Origin: Chloroflexota bacterium
GTDB lineage: Bacteria > Chloroflexota > Dehalococcoidia > Lucifugimonadales > JACPCL1
Assembly: GCA_016202485.1 (NCBI GenBank)
Contig: JACQOP010000035.1
Span: 1 to 52,143 of the forward strand
Direction: 5' to 3'
DNA length: 52,143 nucleotides
The notes beneath the pieces were generated by a model, which was not told where the DNA came from, made no database searches, and saw nothing but the letters and a program-made list of their open reading frames with translations. A program made the translations under genes and the position numbers. Every line of letters begins with the position of its first letter. The stretch's first letter is position 1. This document shows, one piece after another, positions 45,822-52,143 of this stretch.

Positions 45822-45896
45822 TGGCTCCGCAGGTAGGATTCGAACCTACGACCAACCGGTTAACAGCCGGCCGCTCTACCACTGAGCTACTGCGGA
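45822..45896 (-). tRNA. tRNA-Asn (anticodon GTT), CCA encoded
   Basis: The minus strand reads TCCGCAG-TA-GCTC-AGTGGTA-GAGC-G-GCCGG-CTGTTAA-CCGGT-TGGTC-GTAGG-TTCGAAT-CCTAC-CTGCGGA-G-CCA. This folds into a full cloverleaf with a 7-bp acceptor stem and a GTT anticodon. Confidence 0.95.
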
Positions 45897-45992
45897 GCGA
45901 AAGTGGCGCACCCTCTATTCTATCCCACCCCTACCTGTACCGCAACGCAAAAATGGGCCGGCCCGGAACTGTGGTGTTCACGGCCCCGGTCG

Positions 45993-46757
45993 TTATTCCC
46001 CCTTGCGCTCCAGGAAGTCCTTGAAGCTTTCACGGGGGTTGACAAAGCGCATGGAGGTGGAAGTGGCGTCGCGCTCCAACTGATAGCGGTCGGAAAGGCC
46101 AACGCCAAGGCCCTGGTGCAGCAGTCGCTTGATCCCCTGCACCATCACCGGATGGGCGCTGGCGATCAACTCTGCCATGGCCTTTGCTTCTTCCAGGAGT
46201 CTCTCCGAGGGCGCCAGCTTGTTCAATAAGCCCATCTGCAAGGCCTCCTCGGCAAAGATCTCCCGCCCGGTGAACATCAGTTCCTTGGCCTTTGGCAGCC
46301 CCACGAGCAAAGGCAGTGTCCAGGTGGAGTTGGCTTGCCCGTAGGCAGCGGCCAAAAAGCGGAAACTGGTCTTCTCGCACCCTATGCGGATGTCCAGGCA
46401 AGAAGCAAGGAGAGCAGCGCCACCGTAGGCCAGGCCGTTGATAGCGCCGATGAGTGGCTTCCGGTACGTGGCAGCGTGCCATGTCCAGTTGCCACCGCCG
46501 CTGGCGCGCTCGGCCCGCTCTTGTGGCGAGAGGTCGGCGTTAGCGGCCTGCTCCTTGATGTCTGCCCCCGCAGAGAAAGCCCTGCCTGCACCGGTGATAA
46601 TCACCACCCGCACCTCTTCGTCAAGCTCCATCATCGTCAGGGCATGGTCCATCTCTTGGCGGATCTGAGAGTTCAGGGCGTTGAGGGCCTGGGGTCGGTT
46701 GAGGGTGATGACGGCAATGGGGCCATCCTGTTCCAGCTTCACAAGGGTATAGTCCAT
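45993..46757 (-). CDS. enoyl-CoA hydratase/isomerase (crotonase) family protein
   Basis: The ATG at 46757 is preceded by GGAGGTG. The product shows MDYTLVKLEQDGPIAVITLNRPQALNAL...ITGAGRAFSAGADI...AINGLAYGGA. Confidence 0.9.
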   Translation of the reverse strand: MDYTLVKLEQDGPIAVITLNRPQALNALNSQIRQEMDHALTMMELDEEVRVVIITGAGRAFSAGADIKEQAANADLSPQERAERASGGGNWTWHAATYRKPLIGAINGLAYGGAALLASCLDIRIGCEKTSFRFLAAAYGQANSTWTLPLLVGLPKAKELMFTGREIFAEEALQMGLLNKLAPSERLLEEAKAMAELIASAHPVMVQGIKRLLHQGLGVGLSDRYQLERDATSTSMRFVNPRESFKDFLERKGE

Positions 46758-46827
46758 GGGCCACCTCCGCACAGCGGATGCTCAGAGTTCCGGGATGGTG
46801 GCATTATAGGGACGGCGTGAAAGGACG

Positions 46828-46947
46828 GTCAAGGAAGGGGTGGCTTCAGAGGCGGGCGTCGTGTCGCTCCAGGTTCCCCAGTTTCTGCAACTTCATCCAT
46901 AATTTGAAGGCGCTTCGCCTTGAATTCCGGTGCCTTGATGGTCCTCA
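46828..46947 (-). pseudogene. remnant of a Phd/YefM-type (prevent-host-death) antitoxin gene
   Basis: A 39-codon minus-strand ORF gives MRTIKAPEFKAKRLQIMDEVAETGEP, which is a typical antitoxin N-terminus. It then degenerates to GATRRPPLKPPLP* where VVITRxGKPVAxL is expected. An alternative frame reads LERHDARL*. No toxin gene follows. Confidence 0.5.
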
Positions 46948-47092
46948 TGGTTGTCACCTTTATAACCATAGTAAAACCCTGGGAATTTGGTGCAAGATGG
47001 GAGTCACGGCGTCACTGGATACAGCTTGACGCCCTTGATAGGCTGCCCCTATGATGGCACAAACTCCGTGCCTATCCTTCAAAGGAGCCTCC

Positions 47093-47629
47093 ATGACGAC
47101 CGGCCAGTCCATTTTGTCGCCTGAGACCATGGTTGACGAGTTCAAGAAGAGCGGCGTTACCCATATCATCACCATCCCCAACAGCGAGACCAACTATCTC
47201 TACGAGCTGATGGTAAAAGAGCCCAGCTTTACCGTGGTGCCTGTGGCCCGCGAAGGTGAGACCATGGCTATCGCTGCGGGAGTGCTCATCGGCGGCAAGA
47301 CGCCGGTGTGCCTCATCCAGAACACCGGTATGTTTGAGTCGGGAGACTCCATCCGGGGAATTGCCCTGGACGTGGGGATGCCAATTGTCATGGTAATTGG
47401 TTACCGGGGCTATGACCGCCACAATGACACGGTAGACTCCGCCGCCTACTATACCGAACCTATCTTGCACACCTGGGGTATCAAGTTCTACTTGGTGGAG
47501 ACGGACGAGGACGGCCCGCGCATCTCCAAGGCCTTTGCCGAAGCAAGGCGTACCAGCAGACCTGTGGCTATCCTTGTGGGCGACGAGTTCCACGGCTTCA
47601 ACCGCCCCGGCGGCGGAGGCGGCGGATAG
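47093..47629 (+). CDS. TPP-dependent decarboxylase, alpha (PYR-domain) subunit, sulfopyruvate/phosphonopyruvate decarboxylase-like
   Basis: The ATG at 47093 is preceded by AAAGGAG. The product shows SGVTHIITIPNSETNYLY...REGETMAIAAG...QNTG, a ComD-like pattern. Confidence 0.75.
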   Translation: MTTGQSILSPETMVDEFKKSGVTHIITIPNSETNYLYELMVKEPSFTVVPVAREGETMAIAAGVLIGGKTPVCLIQNTGMFESGDSIRGIALDVGMPIVMVIGYRGYDRHNDTVDSAAYYTEPILHTWGIKFYLVETDEDGPRISKAFAEARRTSRPVAILVGDEFHGFNRPGGGGGG

Positions 47630-47645
47630 GCCATCCCTATCCTTA

Positions 47646-47665
47646 CCTTCCCCTAAGGGGGAAGG
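47646..47665 (+). repeat. REP-like palindrome between the two decarboxylase subunit genes
   Basis: CCTTCCCC-TAAG-GGGGAAGG (8-bp stem) is followed by GGGCCATAC. The GGGGCCATAC string also occurs in the pilA terminator loop region (8386-8394). Confidence 0.45.
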
Positions 47666-47715
47666 GGGCCATACAACTACCTCATTCCAGCATTCAATCA
47701 TAGGGGGAGCCTGAT

Positions 47716-48294
47716 ATGATGAGCCTTCATGATGCCGTAACGGTCCTGAAAGAGCACCGTGGCGACGCTGTCGTTGTTACCTGCATGAGCGCCGGTGGCG
47801 CCTGGAACCGGGTTAGCGACCGTCCGGAGCGGGACCTGCCCATCCGGCCCATGGGCAAGGGGATGAATGTTGCCTTCGGCCTGGCCCTGGCGCGGCCGGA
47901 CCTGAAGGTGCTGATGCTGGATGGCGACGGCAGCTTGCTGATGAACCTGGGTACCCTGACGTCCGTTGCCACGCAGAAGCCGGAGAACTTCTACCACTTT
48001 GTCATGGAGAACGGCGTGTACGCCATCACCGGCGGGCAACCCATCCCCAGCAAGGATGTCGCCTCCTTTGCCGGGTTTGCCCGGGACGCCGGCTATGCCG
48101 CTGCTTACGAGTTTGACGACCTGGAAGACCTCTCCATGAACATCGGCAAGGTGCTGCAGGAGAAGGGGCCGGTGCTTATCAATTTGAAGGTAGAGCCGGT
48201 CATACAGAACTTGCCCCCTGGCCTGCGTCCCCCCGCACGTCGGAGCTGGATCACCGCTCTTCGTGAGGTGGAGGCGCACCTGAACGGGAAATAG
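47716..48294 (+). CDS. TPP-dependent decarboxylase, beta (PP-domain) subunit, ComE-like
   Basis: 192 aa with MGKGMNVAFGLALA...LDGDGSLLMNLGTL (TPP GDG motif)...NGVY. The RBS AGGGGGAG lies upstream. Confidence 0.75.
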   Translation: MMSLHDAVTVLKEHRGDAVVVTCMSAGGAWNRVSDRPERDLPIRPMGKGMNVAFGLALARPDLKVLMLDGDGSLLMNLGTLTSVATQKPENFYHFVMENGVYAITGGQPIPSKDVASFAGFARDAGYAAAYEFDDLEDLSMNIGKVLQEKGPVLINLKVEPVIQNLPPGLRPPARRSWITALREVEAHLNGK

Positions 48295-48298
48295 CCTT

Positions 48299-49927
48299 CT
48301 ATACTGCCGCGGCGTGCCCGTCTCCCCTGGGGTCTGACGCGCCGGTCTTGATCCCTCGGGCGTGGTCAAACTGGATAAGCTGCACAATGCCGTGGCTGAT
48401 GCCCTCTTGCCCCCATGAGATAGTATGCCCCAGCTTCTCCAGACCTTTGGCAATCTCCTCAGGCATCCGCGGCTCCAGGCGCACGCCCTGGGGGTTCGCT
48501 AGGGTTGGCGGGTCGCTGCCTGGCTCGCTCACCCAGCGTGGGGCGTCCAGCGCCTCCTGGGGGCCAAGGCCATAGTCCACGATGTGCGTGATGATCTGGG
48601 TGTTGCCCTGGACCTGGAAATCAGCCCCCGGCGTACCCGAGACCAGGACAGGCCTGCCGTCCTTGAGCATCATGTAAGCATTGAGGGTGTGCATGGGGCG
48701 CTTGCCTGGGGCAACAGTATTGGGATGCCCTTCTTCCAGACGGAAGCCGCGCTGACGGTTGTTAAAGAGGACACCCGTGTCCCCGGCCACGAAGCCCGAG
48801 CCGAAGGAGGCGTACAAGCTGTGGATGAAGGATAGAGCGTTGCCTACTTTGTCGGCCACGCAGAAGAAGCTGGTGTCGGTCCCGGCAGGCATGAGGGGTT
48901 CCGCAGATACAGTCACCGCGGCGCGCTTCATATGGATACGTTCCCTCCGCCGGGCGGCGTGCTCCTTGGAGATGAGCACGTCCAGGGGCGTGCTAACGCG
49001 ACGGGGGTCACCCAGGTAGGTGTTGCGGTCGGCGAAGGCCAGCTTCTTTGCCTCTATCATCACGTGGATGCTCTCCGGCGTCAGGTGGCCCAGGCCGGCC
49101 ATGTCAAACCCCTCCACGATGTTCAGCATCTCCAGGAGGATCATGCCGTGGGACGGCGGGCGGTTCTCCATGATGGTGTAGCCACGGTAGGTGGTAGCAA
49201 TGGGGTCATAGGTCTCCACCTCCTGGGCGGCCAGAGCGTCCTCGTCCAGGATACCGCCGGCCTCGTGGAAGGCGCTGGCGATGTCCCGGGCGATCTGGCC
49301 CCGGTAGAAGTCCTCGGGCCCCTCCTGGGCGATGCGCCGCAGGGTGCGGGCCAGGGCTTTGTTGGCAAAGAGGTCGCCGGGGCCATAGGGCTGGCTGTTG
49401 GCCTTGAGGAAGACCCTGGCGGAAGACGGGTTGCGGGAGAGCTTGTCTACCATGTTGTGGAAGTAGTGTCCCACGCGAGGCGACAGGGGGAAGCCCTCCT
49501 CAGCGTAGCCAATGGCCGGCTCCAGCAGCTTGGCCAGGGGCATGGTGCAGAAGTTGGAGAGCAGGTACTGGTAGGCATGCAACTCTCCCGGTGGCGAGGC
49601 CGATAGGGGGCCTTCCTGGGGCATATGGGTGAAGCCCTTGGAGCGGAAGAAGGCTGGCGTAGCCGCCTTGGGCGCCGGCCCTGTGGAGGTCAGGCCTATG
49701 ACCTTTTTTGTGGCGGCCACATAGATGATGGCGAAGACCTCGCCACCCAGACCACACATAGTAGGTATGGTGACGGCCTCGGCAACGGCGGTGGCGATGG
49801 CGGCGTCAAAGGCGTTGCCGCCCTCGGCCAGCACCCGGATGCCCGCCGATGCCGCCAGGGGCGAAGTGGAGCACACCAGGCCGCTGGTAGTATGGACAGC
49901 AGCACGGGAGACGTAGGGTACGGTCAT
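48299..49927 (-). CDS. ggt: gamma-glutamyltransferase
   Basis: The ATG at 49927 is preceded by AGGAGG. The autoprocessing/catalytic region reads PAGTDTSFFCVADKVGNALSFIHSLYASFGSG. About 540 aa. Confidence 0.9.
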   Translation of the reverse strand: MTVPYVSRAAVHTTSGLVCSTSPLAASAGIRVLAEGGNAFDAAIATAVAEAVTIPTMCGLGGEVFAIIYVAATKKVIGLTSTGPAPKAATPAFFRSKGFTHMPQEGPLSASPPGELHAYQYLLSNFCTMPLAKLLEPAIGYAEEGFPLSPRVGHYFHNMVDKLSRNPSSARVFLKANSQPYGPGDLFANKALARTLRRIAQEGPEDFYRGQIARDIASAFHEAGGILDEDALAAQEVETYDPIATTYRGYTIMENRPPSHGMILLEMLNIVEGFDMAGLGHLTPESIHVMIEAKKLAFADRNTYLGDPRRVSTPLDVLISKEHAARRRERIHMKRAAVTVSAEPLMPAGTDTSFFCVADKVGNALSFIHSLYASFGSGFVAGDTGVLFNNRQRGFRLEEGHPNTVAPGKRPMHTLNAYMMLKDGRPVLVSGTPGADFQVQGNTQIITHIVDYGLGPQEALDAPRWVSEPGSDPPTLANPQGVRLEPRMPEEIAKGLEKLGHTISWGQEGISHGIVQLIQFDHARGIKTGASDPRGDGHAAAV

Positions 49928-50205
49928 GGCAGGGCCTCCTAACAGCAAGCAACGAAAAGCAGGCATACCCTACACGAAAGGGAGACGCAACACAAGGGCA
50001 GAAAGGTGAGTGTTACATATAGGGCTGCGATTGGTAAAAAGAGAGAGTCTCCTCTACACTGAAGGGTGAAGAACAAGTCAAAGAGACTCCTTTACAACCC
50101 CGCCCATCTCGGCTAGACTATCCTATACATAGGGCTGTAGGGGTGTGACCCCTACGCCCTCACTTGTTATTTATTAACCAGCGCTTTGGGGTGGAGTGGA
50201 CTATC

Positions 50206-50676
50206 ATGGTGCGGCGGGAAACATTCCTTACCTCCGAAGGACTAACCAAACTGGAAGCCGAGTTGGACTTGTTGCGCCGTGTGCGCCGTCCAGAGGCTGC
50301 CCAGCGCATCCAGCGGGCCAAAGAGGTGGGCGGCACTGAAGACAATGCCGAATACGAGGAGGCCAAGAACCAGCAGGCCTTCATTGAAGGGCGCATCCGA
50401 GAACTGGAAGACGCCATCAAGAATGCAGTCCTCATCCCCGATGACCGCAAGCCAACAGACACGGTAGAGATTGGCTCGGTGGTGGAGGTCAAGAATCCCC
50501 AGGGCCGTACCCAGGCCTTCACTATTGTGGGCCGCACCGAGGCGGACCCAGCCCAAGGCCGCATCTCCAACGAGTCCCCCGTGGGCCGCGCCCTCCTGGG
50601 CCACAAGGCTGGCGAGCAGGCCGAGGTGGAGACCCCTTCCGGCAAAATCAAGCTCACCATCGTGAAGATAGAATGA
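50206..50676 (+). CDS. greA: transcription elongation factor GreA
   Basis: MVRRETFLTSEGLTKLEAELDLL...EDNAEYEEAKNQQAFIEGRIRELE shows the coiled-coil N-domain, followed by a C-terminal FKBP-like domain. GGAGTGG lies upstream. Confidence 0.93.
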   Translation: MVRRETFLTSEGLTKLEAELDLLRRVRRPEAAQRIQRAKEVGGTEDNAEYEEAKNQQAFIEGRIRELEDAIKNAVLIPDDRKPTDTVEIGSVVEVKNPQGRTQAFTIVGRTEADPAQGRISNESPVGRALLGHKAGEQAEVETPSGKIKLTIVKIE

Positions 50677-50694
50677 CCACTCTCGGTCCTTATC

Positions 50695-50737
50695 CCCTCT
50701 CCCTGGAGGGGAGAGGGCTAGGGTGAGGGTGACCCCC
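50695..50737 (+). repeat. REP-like palindromic element in the greA-lysS gap
   Basis: CCCTCTCCC-TGGAG-GGGAGAGGG (9-bp stem, 50695-50717) is followed by CTAGGGTGAGGGTGACCCCC, which abuts the lysS ATG. Confidence 0.5.
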
Positions 50738-52143
50738 ATGTCAGACCGCGAATCAGACATCCTACGCTCCCGCCAGGAAAAGCTTGCCCGCCTGCGCGCC
50801 AGAGGCATTGACCCGTATCCCGCCCGCTTTCACCGCACCCACACTTCCCAAGAAGCGTTGACGCTTTTTTATCAGACTGAAGCCAGCAGCGGCGCTGAGG
50901 CCCGCACCAGCCCCATAACCATCGCTGGCCGCATCGCTGCCATGCGGGGCATGGGGCGCGCCAGCTTCCTTGACCTGCGTGATGGCACAGGGCGTATCCA
51001 GGCGCACCTGCGCTCCGATATCCTTGGCCCCCAGTACGACCTCCTGGCCGACCTGGACCTGGGCGACTTCCTGGGCGCCACCGGCCCCCTCTTCAAGACC
51101 CGCCGCGGCGAGGTGACCCTGGAGGCCACCGAGGTTACCCTCTTGGCCAAGTCCATCGCACCGCCGCCGGAGAAGTGGCATGGCCTGAAGGACGTAGAGA
51201 TCCGCTACCGCCAGCGCTACCTGGACCTCATGGCCAACCAGGAGGTCCAGGCCATCTTCCGCAACCGCAGCCGCATCGTCTCCTACATCCGCCGCTTCAT
51301 GGATGGCCGCGGATTTATGGAGGTGGAGACGCCGGTCATGGTGCCCGTAGCCGCGGGGGCCATGGCTCGCCCCTTCGTCACCAGGCACAACGCCCTGGAC
51401 CGCACCCTGTACCTGCGCATCGCCACGGAGCTTCACCTCAAGCGCCTCATCGTCGGCGGCATGGACAGGGTCTACGAGATCGGCAAGGTCTTCCGCAATG
51501 AAGGCATTGACATGGACCACAACCCCGAGTTCACCACCATGGAGAGCTATGAGGCCTACGCCGACTATAATGACGTGATGCGCATGGTAGAGGAGCTGGT
51601 GTCGGGGGCTGCCCAGGACGTGCTGGGCACGACCACCGTTACCTTCCACGGCCACGAGATCAACCTGGCCCCGCCCTGGCTGCGCCTTCCCCTGGTGGAT
51701 ATGCTGCGCAAGGCAGGCGTGGACATTGAGGCGTGCCCGGACAACGAAAGCCTGTTGCTGGCCGCCCGGGCCGTGGGCGTGGACGCCCAGCGCACCGAGA
51801 GCCGGGGCAGCATCATAGACAAGCTGGTGGGTTCCCTGGTGGAGCCAAAGCTCATCCAGCCCGCCTTTCTGGTGGACTACCCGGTGGAGATGTCGCCACT
51901 GGCCAAAGCCAAGCCCGGCGACCCCCGCTACGTGGAGCGCTTTGAGGCCTTCATCGGCGGCATGGAGGTCGCCAACTCCTTTACTGAGCTGAACGACCCC
52001 GTCGTCCAGCGCCAGCGCTTTGACGAGCAGGAGCGCCTGCGCCGCCAGTTCGGCGACGAGGACTTTGACCGCCTGGACGAGGACTTCCTGGAGTCCCTGG
52101 AGTATGGGATGCCGCCCACCGGCGGCCTGGGCGTCGGCATAGA
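50738..52143 (+). CDS. lysS: lysine--tRNA ligase (class II), 5' part (runs off window end)
   Basis: Not in the ORF track because no stop lies in the window. Translation from the ATG at 50738 gives MSDRESDILRSRQEKLARLRARGIDPYPARF...IAGRIAAMRGMGRASFLDLRDGTGRIQ...RYRQRYLDLMAN...GFMEVETPVM...FRNEGID...EFTTME... Confidence 0.93.
   Translation, partial: MSDRESDILRSRQEKLARLRARGIDPYPARFHRTHTSQEALTLFYQTEASSGAEARTSPITIAGRIAAMRGMGRASFLDLRDGTGRIQAHLRSDILGPQYDLLADLDLGDFLGATGPLFKTRRGEVTLEATEVTLLAKSIAPPPEKWHGLKDVEIRYRQRYLDLMANQEVQAIFRNRSRIVSYIRRFMDGRGFMEVETPVMVPVAAGAMARPFVTRHNALDRTLYLRIATELHLKRLIVGGMDRVYEIGKVFRNEGIDMDHNPEFTTMESYEAYADYNDVMRMVEELVSGAAQDVLGTTTVTFHGHEINLAPPWLRLPLVDMLRKAGVDIEACPDNESLLLAARAVGVDAQRTESRGSIIDKLVGSLVEPKLIQPAFLVDYPVEMSPLAKAKPGDPRYVERFEAFIGGMEVANSFTELNDPVVQRQRFDEQERLRRQFGDEDFDRLDEDFLESLEYGMPPTGGLGVGI

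Noticed and set aside
1-52143. CRISPR arrays, IS elements, rRNA genes and large tandem repeats
   Set aside because: None were seen. The only repeats are short REP-like palindromes and the 25-nt purine-rich repeat. The only RNA gene recognised is tRNA-Asn.

Overview
High-G+C (about 60% by eye), gene-dense bacterial chromosomal segment with about 50 credible CDS and one tRNA. No rRNA, CRISPR array, IS/transposase or integrase was seen.

Layout, left to right:
- 1-8.4 kb: a type IV pilus locus. Two pseudopilin genes on the minus strand face an unknown Pro/Gln-rich gene followed by pilB, pilC, a PilO-like gene, a PilM-PilN fusion and the major pilin. No secretin, pilT or pilD lies in the window.
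- 8.6-14.5 kb: MFS exporter, threonine aldolase, a CAP-domain lipoprotein, and a fused membrane/Fe-S (HdrD/DsrK-like) oxidoreductase.
- 14.7-20.3 kb: rpsO-pnp-dapB-asd-dapA.
- 20.7-23.2 kb: korBA 2-oxoacid:ferredoxin oxidoreductase.
- 23.6-31.6 kb: MidA-type methyltransferase, HpcH aldolase, LLM oxidoreductase, a minimal zincin, ribE-ribBA-ribH with tag coupled to its end, and an MFS transporter.
- 31.6-39.3 kb: GrpB, Rdx, ABC-F, a MEMO1 protein with an N-terminal extension, a CheY-like receiver, pgi and gnd.
- 39.3-45.9 kb: the least housekeeping-like stretch. It holds YceI, an orphan small gene, NifS-type cysteine desulfurase, a lipoprotein, a membrane protein, a 255-aa unknown, an HTH remnant, and a MarR plus Spy/CpxP-like operon next to tRNA-Asn.
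- 46-52 kb: crotonase, a decayed antitoxin stub, a split ComD/ComE-like TPP decarboxylase, ggt, greA and lysS (partial).

I could not identify a clear-cut novel system. The best leads are:
1. The unknown gene heading the pilB operon, together with motifs shared between the two AT-rich pilus control regions.
2. The minus-strand cluster at 40.2-43.7 kb: unknown, membrane protein, lipoprotein, NifS, orphan.
3. A PqqD/RRE-like N-terminal extension on the MEMO1 protein.
4. A family of REP-like palindromic elements placed in intercistronic gaps.
5. Dispersed purine-rich repeats.

The lineage guess (a monoderm, Chloroflexota-like organism) is inference only. All family assignments come from reading motifs by eye, not from database searches.
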